From the IMG/VR virus record IMGVR_UViG_3300042861_002315: a stretch of DNA of 20,000 nt; one strand, written 5' to 3'. A program made the position numbers and the translations under genes. The notes under the pieces are model-generated. The model searched no databases. It had not been told where the DNA came from and saw only the letters and a program-made list of their open reading frames with translations. The DNA comes from an uncultured virus (IMG/VR IMGVR_UViG_3300042861_002315). Its lineage: Duplodnaviria > Heunggongvirae > Uroviricota > Caudoviricetes. Within the stretch, counting starts at the first letter, position 1, and each line of letters begins with the position of its first letter. This document shows positions 7,474 to 15,304 of this stretch, one piece after another.

Positions 7474-8577
7474 ATGACAACTGCCACTATCGACAATACA
7501 CCTAAGTCACTTCACGTCAGCACTACTGGTGCGTTCGGACAACTCGAAACATCTAAAGTAGTCCCCAAGATTACTCCTGACGACATCATCGAGCAAGCCC
7601 AGTTGGAAACATGGCAAGCTTTTATGTATCCCAACATGAATGAAGACAATTTACCTGTAGACGAGCGTAAGTCTAATTACATTCGTCAAGAGTTCCTTAA
7701 GGAAGAGTCTATCAGTAAACCTCCTTTTGCTCTTGAGCAAGAAGACATTGACCATCATGGTCGCAATTTTGCCTTGAAGGTTCCTTCCTCTTACCGTATC
7801 ATCCAGTATCAACAGGGATTGCGCTGGTTAGAGAACTACACTGATGAAGGCTTGATTGAGATTCAAGATTGGCTTTTGCTTGATTCTGGAGCTATTCTTG
7901 CAGTTAATAACCTCATTCCCGATGAAGTACTAACGATTCAAGGCGAAGCCGATAAAATCACTCCATACATGATTTTCTGCTTGTCTCACGATGGGACTAC
8001 ACCTCGCGCAGTCTTCTTCTCTTCGTTCCGAGCTATCTGCAAGAACACTCTACTGATGGCGTTAGCGTCAGCCAAGGGTACTGAGAAATTTTTCGGCTTT
8101 GACCCCAAAAAGGGTAGTCACAAGTCGCCACAAGAGCTAATGGCGATGGCTAAGAAGAATATTGACTTGGCTAAAACTAAGTTCCATGACGAAACTGCAC
8201 CTCACCTCGAAGCCTTGCGTGATTTGCAACTCGATGAACGTGTGGTCGATAACCTTACTCGCGACCTCTTTTCTATTCGCCGCACACAAGAAATTCCGAC
8301 TTTTCTTGATGAAGACGAGACTTATCCTGCCTCAATCAAAAATTACCACAAGTTCAGGGACATTTATCAAAGCTTGGCAGATATAGATATCTTTGACTCT
8401 AATCAGCACACTGGATATCGTTATGCTAATGCGGCTACGGCTTTCGTCAAGACTGTAGGCAAAGACGGAGGATTTGACCCTACTTCAGGCTTTAAGGGTA
8501 ACATGTTTAACAAGGTTCGCAGGAATGCGTTTGATTACCTAGACGAGCTATTACCTGCTAAGCACATCGGCAGTTAG
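7474..8577 (+). CDS. DUF932 / phage-plasmid-like protein (TIGR03299 family)
   Basis: SHDGTT...FRAICKNTL matches the family SHDG...RxxCxNTL motif; YRIIQY and terminal AFDYL also fit; 367 aa. Confidence 0.8.
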   Translation: MTTATIDNTPKSLHVSTTGAFGQLETSKVVPKITPDDIIEQAQLETWQAFMYPNMNEDNLPVDERKSNYIRQEFLKEESISKPPFALEQEDIDHHGRNFALKVPSSYRIIQYQQGLRWLENYTDEGLIEIQDWLLLDSGAILAVNNLIPDEVLTIQGEADKITPYMIFCLSHDGTTPRAVFFSSFRAICKNTLLMALASAKGTEKFFGFDPKKGSHKSPQELMAMAKKNIDLAKTKFHDETAPHLEALRDLQLDERVVDNLTRDLFSIRRTQEIPTFLDEDETYPASIKNYHKFRDIYQSLADIDIFDSNQHTGYRYANAATAFVKTVGKDGGFDPTSGFKGNMFNKVRRNAFDYLDELLPAKHIGS

Positions 8578-8591
8578 TTAAACCTTTCTTT

Positions 8592-8618
8592 TGAGGGAGT
8601 GACAACAAAACTCCCTCA
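8592..8618 (+). other. Perfect 9-bp intergenic hairpin
   Basis: TGAGGGAGT 8592-8600 / ACTCCCTCA 8610-8618; no immediate U tract. Confidence 0.6.
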
Positions 8619-8654
8619 CTCTACAATTTTTGTTACTAACTAAGGAAATTAATC

Positions 8655-8903
8655 ATGTCAGAAAAAGAAATTGAGTTTGAACGTAGTGTGTATCGTAATA
8701 CTGCATCTGTGGTCTTGGCTCTAGCTGTCTATGTAACTACATTAGGTATCGCGCATCCTCTTCTCGTTTACGGTGTAGGCATTGTAGTTCAATCTTTTGT
8801 GGTTGGTGGTATCCGAAGCTTTCGCAGTGCAATCAAAGAAAACAGAAAGTTGCCAGAAGGTTTCACTCGTGACCCCATAACTGGAAAAACGCACCCTTTC
8901 TAA
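8655..8903 (+). CDS. Small two-TM membrane protein
   Basis: AAGGA RBS; hydrophobic VVLALAVYVTTLGIA and LLVYGVGIVVQSFVVGGI. Confidence 0.75.
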   Translation: MSEKEIEFERSVYRNTASVVLALAVYVTTLGIAHPLLVYGVGIVVQSFVVGGIRSFRSAIKENRKLPEGFTRDPITGKTHPF

Positions 8904-9047
8904 CAACTCTAGGCAATGTCAATAAGTCCTAATCACAGAACCCGAAAAAGATGACTTGCGCTAAGCAAGAGTCGCAGCTACCCGTATCCAGCAAAGAACG
9001 GTTGACGACTGCTATAGGTTCTTTCTTCTAATAATTACAGGTTAAAT
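8904..9047 (+). ncRNA. Candidate structured RNA / 5' leader
   Basis: Nested stems AGAACC/GGTTCT, CTTGC/GCAAG, AGTCG/CGACT and CCGT/ACGG, plus TAAT-TACAG-GTTA hairpin before the ATG. Confidence 0.45.
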
Positions 9048-9416
9048 ATGTCACTCATAACACTTTCAGGTTCACCCAAATCTGGTAAATCCGACTTAGC
9101 CTATATGCTGGCTCTCAAGGCTTCAGAAGAGAGGGGTAAAGTGCTTATCTTTAATGAAGATGCTAAACGAGATATTACATCTAAACTCAAAAAATTTAAT
9201 GTCGTCTTCCCAAAGAATATCCATTTCATCACTTTGTTTGACATCGGAGTTCTGCCTCAAATGATTGCAGAGTACCAACCGAGCTTAGTCATTGTTGACT
9301 GTTACTTAGGTGTCGCTGAAGACGAAGCGACCACTTACCAAAAGCTTTCAGATATAGCTGACCAAACCGACACACAAATCCTTTTAGTACGCAACATCGC
9401 TAAAACTACACGCTAA
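9048..9416 (+). CDS. Minimal RecA/DnaB-like P-loop NTPase domain protein
   Basis: Walker A GSPKSGKS, Walker B LVIVD, plus KVLIFNED and QILLV strands in RecA-fold order. Confidence 0.7.
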   Translation: MSLITLSGSPKSGKSDLAYMLALKASEERGKVLIFNEDAKRDITSKLKKFNVVFPKNIHFITLFDIGVLPQMIAEYQPSLVIVDCYLGVAEDEATTYQKLSDIADQTDTQILLVRNIAKTTR

Positions 9417-9471
9417 TCACTCTCGCGGTATTTGCCTCCTAAGTACCGCTTCATTTACTGTAGGAGCTATT

Positions 9472-9651
9472 ATGTTTGATGTAATAGAAGTTTCAATTGA
9501 TTCTGGCAAAGTTGTCTCGTTCATGGCAGAAAATAAAACCAAACGAAATGCTGAAACTGTAAGCGATATGGCTGTATGCCGCAGAGACGTAGATGATAGT
9601 TTCTATGTTGTTGCCAAAACTGGTAAATATAAAATCGGAGATACATACTAA
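9472..9651 (+). CDS. 59-aa protein missing from the ORF track
   Basis: AGGAG RBS; MFDVIEVSIDSGKVV...KYKIGDTY; TAATG overlap with the next ORF. Confidence 0.75.
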   Translation: MFDVIEVSIDSGKVVSFMAENKTKRNAETVSDMAVCRRDVDDSFYVVAKTGKYKIGDTY

Positions 9652-9917
9652 TGACTACTGAATCACAACCAACAATCAAACTCGAACTCACCGATAAGCA
9701 GCTTGAAGTTCTTGGCACTGCAATCGGAAAAGAAATTGTTAGAGGCTTTAGTGCTAAACAAGAGTACTGGTATGGCACTACTGGTTGGCTTGCTAAAGTA
9801 GTGGAAAAATTTGCAGACTTCATTGTGAATAATGTCTCAGGTAAATTGGAATACAGACCTCAAGACTACACAAAACTTATTACCCTAATTCACGATATTT
9901 GGGGGGCGAAGAAGTAA
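9651..9917 (+). CDS. Hypothetical protein, 88 aa
   Basis: GGAG RBS; TAATG overlaps on both sides. Confidence 0.75.
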   Translation: MTTESQPTIKLELTDKQLEVLGTAIGKEIVRGFSAKQEYWYGTTGWLAKVVEKFADFIVNNVSGKLEYRPQDYTKLITLIHDIWGAKK

Positions 9918-10597
9918 TGACTTATAGACTTAATGTTTGTTTGCTTTCACCTGTTTTTGAGAGGAGTTTCGGACTAGCTGATTTTGCAATCGATTATTAC
10001 GATTTGATTGTCGGACTTAATAACTCGTTTAACTTCCTCAATAGGGAAAAACCTGAATACATGACAGAAGCCAATGAGAGTGTATTTAGGAATGACGACT
10101 ACAGACTTTTTTGCAAGTTGTCTCATTTCTTCGATGATTTCAACTTCTTTATTAACCTGCAACTTTCACCTAAGAATACACAAGAGCGCTACTCAAAATT
10201 TAGTAGTGTAGATGAAGGTTTTCAAGCTTTTATTCGGCGCGTTGAGAGCATGAAGATTCCGCAACAGATTAAGGATACTATTGCGGGTTTCTTGAAGATG
10301 CAGAGAGCAAAAGTGCCGCTTGCTGCTACAAGAAAAAATTCGTGGCTAGTACCAAACTTGTTACAAAGTAAGAGTCTGCACATGATTAACGGTAAGCCTA
10401 AAAATATCTTAACGGATACCCGACTCTCATCTGAACGCTACAATTTGCTACACCAACTAGCAGTCACTTCTAGAAAATTTCCTGAACTAAGATTAGGGCA
10501 ATTACTTTCAAATTCTCTTCCTGAAGGTACTGACATTTTCTATGTGACCGATGCTAAATTGATTCAACTACTCAAAGACTTCGAGGCACACCATTGA
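9917..10597 (+). CDS. Hypothetical protein with C-terminal PELRLGQLL...DIFYVTD module
   Basis: ATG 9917 via TAATG overlap; the C-terminal motif resembles small stand-alone phage proteins. Confidence 0.75.
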   Translation: MTYRLNVCLLSPVFERSFGLADFAIDYYDLIVGLNNSFNFLNREKPEYMTEANESVFRNDDYRLFCKLSHFFDDFNFFINLQLSPKNTQERYSKFSSVDEGFQAFIRRVESMKIPQQIKDTIAGFLKMQRAKVPLAATRKNSWLVPNLLQSKSLHMINGKPKNILTDTRLSSERYNLLHQLAVTSRKFPELRLGQLLSNSLPEGTDIFYVTDAKLIQLLKDFEAHH

Positions 10598-10770
10598 AAC
10601 TCTACATATTCTTTTCTACCCTAGCTGCACTGGCTTTGAAGTTAGCACACGATGTTCTTCCTGAAGTTCGCTTCGAGTTCCAAATTGATTGGTTTTGGTT
10701 TTGGGCGTTACTTATTGTTGACGCTTGGATTATCTACTCAGTTGTCTTTTTTCTACCTCAAGGGCAATGA
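10594..10770 (+). CDS. 58-aa Trp-rich two-TM protein missing from the ORF track
   Basis: TTG start overlapping the upstream TGA, GAGG RBS; MKLYIFFSTLAALAL...DWFWFWALLIVDAWIIYSVVFFL; ATGA overlap downstream. Confidence 0.7.
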   Translation: MKLYIFFSTLAALALKLAHDVLPEVRFEFQIDWFWFWALLIVDAWIIYSVVFFLPQGQ

Positions 10771-11114
10771 CTAACTCACTACTGCCCCATTACATTTTAA
10801 CAACAATAAGCGACCCCCAAGGGCGCGGTAACGCCAGTCTCCTCCTCGACCACACCAACAAGAAAATCATCTTAGAGGAAATCGAGGTAGAGGCGCAATT
10901 TCGAGGCATGAAGCTCGGCAGTCGGTTGTTGAGCCAAGTGTGTTGGTTAGCTGATTCACTTGGCTTCACAGTTGTATTAGTCCCTGTTTCGCTAGTATCT
11001 ACTAAGTGTCTAACAATCTGGCAACTTGAGGATTGGTATGGGAGATATGGCTTCCACTTGCGCGATGATTATAAAGATGGATACCCTTATGCGAGAGAAC
11101 CTAGAATAATATGA
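10767..11114 (+). CDS. GNAT-family N-acetyltransferase
   Basis: IEVEAQFRGMKLGSRLL (acetyl-CoA motif A) and WYGRYGF (motif B); start at ATGA overlap 10767. Confidence 0.8.
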   Translation: MTNSLLPHYILTTISDPQGRGNASLLLDHTNKKIILEEIEVEAQFRGMKLGSRLLSQVCWLADSLGFTVVLVPVSLVSTKCLTIWQLEDWYGRYGFHLRDDYKDGYPYAREPRII

Positions 11115-11572
11115 ATATCTTCGTACTTCACGAAAATCCAATCGAAGCTGCGCGTCTTGTCCCAGTCAGAGTAGCTAGTAAGATGGCTCTTGAGGCTGCA
11201 CAAATGCTTGCAGTCGCTTGCGCTCGCCACGGTCTTGCACTGCCACACAAAAAAGATGGTAACGAGTATTCACCAAAATCACACGTTAATCATCCCTGCA
11301 CCAAATGGGCTTGTCAATCTAAGGCTAATATGAAGTGGCTTGTTATTCACGGTATAGAACTTTGCCACTTCCATCGCATTAATTACGGTAAATTACCTGC
11401 ACATTGGAACGCACTGCAAGAGATTACAAATCAATTGCTTGAAGATTATCAAGACCACACACCATTTGTTTCTGCCATGCCTGATGAGTTCAAGACTGAT
11501 GATGTGGTTGAGAGTTATCGAGCGTATATCAAAACGAAACCATATTATGTAGAAGGAGAAGCGCAGCTATGA
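11111..11572 (+). CDS. Pyrimidine-dimer DNA glycosylase / endonuclease V-like protein
   Basis: MNIFVLHENP...KMALEAAQML...NHPCTKW...AMPDEFK...ESYRAY pattern of the phage DenV-like family. Confidence 0.8.
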   Translation: MNIFVLHENPIEAARLVPVRVASKMALEAAQMLAVACARHGLALPHKKDGNEYSPKSHVNHPCTKWACQSKANMKWLVIHGIELCHFHRINYGKLPAHWNALQEITNQLLEDYQDHTPFVSAMPDEFKTDDVVESYRAYIKTKPYYVEGEAQL

Positions 11573-11727
11573 GCGAAGCTAAATGTGATTACACTTACTT
11601 GACCGCAATACAAAACTGCGGTTGGTGGTTCGTTATTGCTGTGCATCCTAGCGGCGAGAACGAGCATCTGGCTACATTCGATAATTATGAAGACGCGGAA
11701 TGGTACGGGAGTACGCAAGCATTATGA
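11569..11727 (+). CDS. 52-aa protein missing from the ORF track
   Basis: AAGGAG RBS; ATGA overlaps at both ends. Confidence 0.7.
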   Translation: MSEAKCDYTYLTAIQNCGWWFVIAVHPSGENEHLATFDNYEDAEWYGSTQAL

Positions 11728-11966
11728 ACAAAGATGAAGTTTGGAAATGCAAAGACGGACGAGAAATTCTTGTCAAGGATATGGGCGATACTCACATGAG
11801 AAACTGCTTGAGACATTTGGGTAGACGAGGCTATGATGTGCCGAAAGAGATATTGTCACTAACTCTTTTTGAGCTTCAAGAAGCAATGAGAAAGCAGATA
11901 CGTGTTCTCAGAAAGGAGCAGGAGCTATTTGATGGCTGTGACGCTACCGAAGCCGACATATACTAA
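11724..11966 (+). CDS. Small conserved-type phage protein
   Basis: ATG 11724 via ATGA overlap; WKCKDGREILVKDMGDTHMRN motif. Confidence 0.7.
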   Translation: MNKDEVWKCKDGREILVKDMGDTHMRNCLRHLGRRGYDVPKEILSLTLFELQEAMRKQIRVLRKEQELFDGCDATEADIY

Positions 11967-11976
11967 TAATTTACAG

Positions 11977-12009
11977 AGGAGGCTAATCACCTCCTTTTTT
12001 TTTTTTTTT
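11977..12009 (+). terminator. Rho-independent terminator
   Basis: AGGAGG 11977-11982 / CCTCCT 11990-11995 followed by a T run extending to 12009. Confidence 0.85.
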
Positions 12010-12034
12010 CTGCACACGAACGAAGTGAGATTTT

Positions 12035-12166
12035 ATGGATAACAAAGAAATGTTGAGGCAGTATGAGGACAAAGAAGTGCAAAGCGTGTATGTGGTTTGT
12101 AAGAAGCTGTTGCGCGAACATGAGAGGAATAAGGAAGCTAAGTCTAGCTCATTGGCGCGTGCCTAG
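12035..12166 (+). CDS. Possible 43-aa protein
   Basis: MDNKEMLRQYEDKEVQSVYVVCKKLLREHERNKEAKSSSLARA; weak RBS. Confidence 0.4.
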   Translation: MDNKEMLRQYEDKEVQSVYVVCKKLLREHERNKEAKSSSLARA

Positions 12167-12361
12167 TCTCAAGCGCCGACGGCTTATCCCTGAATAAAAA
12201 TAATACACGTAGAAATGTATACACGACCAAGTTATATCAAGGCTTTTAGCGTCATACTTTTTTATTGTTTTTGTTAAAGTATTACGGATTGTGCCACTTT
12301 TTCAGTTTTATTTCTAATTGCCGTATGACCAATTGTGTTATCTTGGGTGTTGTTAGAAGTA

Positions 12362-12370
12362 TGGTATACT
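12362..12370 (+). promoter_or_regulatory. Extended -10 promoter element
   Basis: TGGTATACT (TGn-TATACT) upstream of ORF 12403. Confidence 0.5.
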
Positions 12371-12402
12371 AAAAATAATACAAATTGATTGACACATTAT
12401 GC

Positions 12403-13062
12403 ATGAATAAATTACAATCTCTACTGACAAAGAAACCTCCCGAACTAATGAAAGCCGCAAACCTCCTAGTTCAGTCACACTCTGTATCAACGGAAACTGC
12501 CCTAGACATAATCCGAAATGATTTTATGCCTCTCCTTGATGCTGTATATACAAAACTAGACGATTTACAAAAAGAGTTCTCAAATTCTGGTAAGGTCAGC
12601 GAAAATAAACTTGCCACTTACTTTCTAAATAATCCTGTTTCGTTAGAGGGGTTTGAAGTAGTGAAGGATGACGAGACTTTAGTTTATAAGGTTCTGTATT
12701 TAGGTAAAGACGACAAAATATCTATCACTGACGGATACAACAAGTTGATGAAGCAGTTGATAAAAACATTCGGCTTCAAAGACCTAAGTTTCCAAACACT
12801 TTCTAACGCCATCATCAGAGCTTATTGCTGGTTTCAAGATGATAATAATCCCAGTGAAGTACTTCAACTTACTAGTGAATCTTGCATCATGGAAGTTGTG
12901 TTGAGTTTCTCTAAGCAGTTCACTATCCCAGATATCAAGCAAAAGTTGCCAGACCTAGATTTGACCACAAAACAAATCGAGAGGATATTACTTTTGAAGG
13001 GGTACAGCTACAAGCAATACGGAAGCGCAAGAAAAAAATACTTTTACTTAGCAGGTAATTAA
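12403..13062 (+). CDS. Hypothetical protein with possible C-terminal winged-helix DNA-binding domain
   Basis: FTIPDIKQKL...KQIERILLLKGY...GSARKKYFY has a wHTH-like pattern. Confidence 0.7.
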   Translation: MNKLQSLLTKKPPELMKAANLLVQSHSVSTETALDIIRNDFMPLLDAVYTKLDDLQKEFSNSGKVSENKLATYFLNNPVSLEGFEVVKDDETLVYKVLYLGKDDKISITDGYNKLMKQLIKTFGFKDLSFQTLSNAIIRAYCWFQDDNNPSEVLQLTSESCIMEVVLSFSKQFTIPDIKQKLPDLDLTTKQIERILLLKGYSYKQYGSARKKYFYLAGN

Positions 13063-13063
13063 C

Positions 13064-13297
13064 ATGAGCCAACCCAACCGCATCAATTCCTCTTCTGCAC
13101 ATATCACCGCAGATAGCCTAGATTGGCTCCGCAAGACACACGAAGACAACATAATGTGGATTCCTATGTTCGCTGACTATTATTTCGCCTACAGAGCCGT
13201 AGAGCAGCAGTGGTGGTATGTTGACCAAGAGAAAAAATTCAAAGTAGATGCAGCACCAGACATCGAAGCCATATATCAGGAGATGAAAAAGATATGA
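13064..13297 (+). CDS. Hypothetical protein, 77 aa
   Basis: AGGT RBS; ATGA coupling downstream. Confidence 0.7.
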   Translation: MSQPNRINSSSAHITADSLDWLRKTHEDNIMWIPMFADYYFAYRAVEQQWWYVDQEKKFKVDAAPDIEAIYQEMKKI

Positions 13298-13491
13298 GTC
13301 AACCCCAGTATCGCCTCATATCTCGCGGTCAGTCGTTCAAGGGCGAAGAAGTAATCGAGCTTCACGTTTATAATCCTTCGAGGGGCATATGGACGAAGAT
13401 GCCGATGAAAGTTACTATTGTTCCACAGTGTTGTTTGACACTAGCAGAAATTGAGGCACAAAATGCGACCTACCAACTACGACCAGCTTGA
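13294..13491 (+). CDS. Hypothetical protein, 65 aa
   Basis: AGGAG RBS; ATGA overlap. Confidence 0.7.
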   Translation: MSQPQYRLISRGQSFKGEEVIELHVYNPSRGIWTKMPMKVTIVPQCCLTLAEIEAQNATYQLRPA

Positions 13492-13792
13492 GTTTTGTCA
13501 AGTCGAACAAGTACCAATCACTACACTCAAGAAAATTCACATCATCCGTTCCGAGCAACAACGTGCATTCAAGGTTGTACTTAGCCCCAGAGATGCAGCT
13601 AAAATCGTTTCTGAGCTTCAGAAGGGCAATCCAAGTACTTTGACCTGCTACATGAGCTTTGGAGGTACTAACGACACAAAGTGGACTATTCTTGACGATT
13701 GTAAGCAATACTCTCTACATGGGGATTGGCTTGAAGATAACGAAGCTGTTCGGGAATACTTAAACTCGCAACTTAATATACTGGTGAACTAA
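13463..13792 (+). CDS. Hypothetical protein (~109 aa)
   Basis: ATG 13463 with GAGG RBS. Confidence 0.7.
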   Translation: MRPTNYDQLEFCQVEQVPITTLKKIHIIRSEQQRAFKVVLSPRDAAKIVSELQKGNPSTLTCYMSFGGTNDTKWTILDDCKQYSLHGDWLEDNEAVREYLNSQLNILVN

Positions 13793-13793
13793 C

Positions 13794-13961
13794 ATGAAAA
13801 TTCTAGCCTTGTCCGATTTACACCTCGAATTTTCGGCGCTACACATACCTAACACTGCCAAAGCTGATGTTACTTTGCTACTTGGCGACATTCACAAAGG
13901 CATTCGTGGAGTCCAGTGGGCTGCAAATACTATTGAATCAAAGCACATTATTTACATCTAA
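13794..13961 (+). pseudogene. Truncated calcineurin-like metallophosphoesterase (N-terminal 55 aa only)
   Basis: MKILALSDLHLEF (DxH motif I) and LLLGDIH (GD motif II), then HIIYI-stop where the GNH motif should follow. Confidence 0.85.
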
Positions 13962-14003
13962 AGATAGATGTGTATTAAATTTAGATATAGTAAATTAAAA
14001 TAA

Positions 14004-14195
14004 ATCATGAGTACTGCCATTACTTTGTATAATTGCGAAGTTTGATATACCAATATATTAATGCAAAAATGGTTAGGTCGTTGAGATTCTACTTGGCACA
14101 AACGTACAGATGCTTCTCCAGTCTGTACCTCTTTAAATTTAATTGGTTAAATCACATCTTAGTAGAATTGACCGAGGAGACTTACAACTAACAAT
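14004..14195 (+). ncRNA. omegaRNA (HEARO-like) scaffold of the IsrB system; 5' boundary uncertain
   Basis: Directly upstream of isrB. Stems GGTC 14076-79/GACC 14170-73, ATTCTACT 14086-93/AGTAGAAT 14161-68, GTACAGA 14104-10/TCTGTAC 14122-28; loop TCTCC 14115-19 complementary to GGAGA 14176-80 (pseudoknot). Confidence 0.75.
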
Positions 14196-14209
14196 AGGAT
14201 TATCTCTAA

Positions 14210-15304
14210 ATGCAAAATCAAACACAAATCAGAGTCCCAGTTTTAGATGTAAATGGTCAGCCTATTATGCCCACAAAGGCTTCTAGGGCTAGACGTTGGC
14301 TCAGAGATGGTAAAGCTAAAGTTGTCCATAACGACTTAGGTGTGTTTCAAATCCAGCTATTACAAGAAACTTCTGGCACTGAGCAACAAGATGTTGTTGT
14401 TGGAATTGACCAAGGTAAGCTATTCACAGGTATGGCTGTACAGAGTAGTAAAGCTACCTTGCTGATGCTTCATCTTGAGTTACCATTCCTTATTGTAAAG
14501 AAGCGTATGGAGCAACGTAGGATAGCCCGAAGGAATCGTAAAAGCAGAAAAATCAATCGTAAAATTGCTTTTAGATTCCGTAATCACAGACAGTCGCGAA
14601 TTAATAATCGTAGAAGTAAAGGGAATCTGCCTCCTTCCATAAACGCTAATAAACAATTAGAGAGAAGGGTTATCAGTGAACTAATAAAGATATTTCCTGT
14701 TACTAATTTTGTTTTTGAAACAATTAAAACTAAAAAAGGAAAAGATTTTAGTGTGGTTATGACGGGTCAGACACAACAAATTACTTGGTTAGTATCCTTA
14801 TTACCTACCGAAGTTATCCAAGGATGGAAAACATCAATACTTCGGGACAAACTAGGTCTAGTTAAAAATAAAACTAACAAATCAATCCAAGAACCTGCTA
14901 CACACGCAATTGATGGAATTGCCCTCGCTTGTCACCATTTTATTAAGTACGTGGAAGATAAAGTTAATCAATGTGCAGATTGGTTTGGAGATGTCTCAGT
15001 TACTAAATCTCAATTTGTGGTTTTAGGTAGACCTAAGTACTCTCGTAGACAACTTCACCTATTTCAAACCAAAAAAGACGGTATTAGACTAAGGTACGGA
15101 GGCTCTAATACACTTAAAAATTTTAGAAGAGGGGACTTACTACTATACAAATCAAGATGTAAAACTATAAAAGGCTATTGCTCTGGTTTTACTGGTAAAG
15201 AATTAGCGATTAGTGATGTTAATTGGAAAAGGTTAGGTAGATTTTCCATAAATAATTGTAATATATTGTCTAAAAATAGTGGGTTGGTAGTCTATGTTTC
15301 TTAA
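14210..15304 (+). CDS. isrB: IsrB-type RNA-guided RuvC nickase (RRXRR/PLMP domain, no HNH), IS200/IS605 superfamily
   Basis: PIMP (PLMP) motif, RuvC-I VGIDQG (D67), Arg-rich bridge helix RRIARRNRKSR, RuvC-II FVFE, RuvC-III THAIDG; 364 aa with no HNH/CxxC insert. Confidence 0.85.
   Translation: MQNQTQIRVPVLDVNGQPIMPTKASRARRWLRDGKAKVVHNDLGVFQIQLLQETSGTEQQDVVVGIDQGKLFTGMAVQSSKATLLMLHLELPFLIVKKRMEQRRIARRNRKSRKINRKIAFRFRNHRQSRINNRRSKGNLPPSINANKQLERRVISELIKIFPVTNFVFETIKTKKGKDFSVVMTGQTQQITWLVSLLPTEVIQGWKTSILRDKLGLVKNKTNKSIQEPATHAIDGIALACHHFIKYVEDKVNQCADWFGDVSVTKSQFVVLGRPKYSRRQLHLFQTKKDGIRLRYGGSNTLKNFRRGDLLLYKSRCKTIKGYCSGFTGKELAISDVNWKRLGRFSINNCNILSKNSGLVVYVS

Noticed and set aside
8937..9022. Hammerhead ribozyme or purine/SAM riboswitch
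   Set aside because: There is no CUGANGA core, GAAA is in the wrong position, and the aptamer consensus nucleotides do not line up
11995..12009. T15 run as a phase-variable tract
   Set aside because: It is intergenic and explained as the terminator U tract; the length may be an assembly artefact
14210..15304. IscB, Cas9 or TnpB
   Set aside because: No HNH between RuvC-II and RuvC-III and no CRISPR array; the PLMP N-terminus and upstream RNA exclude TnpB
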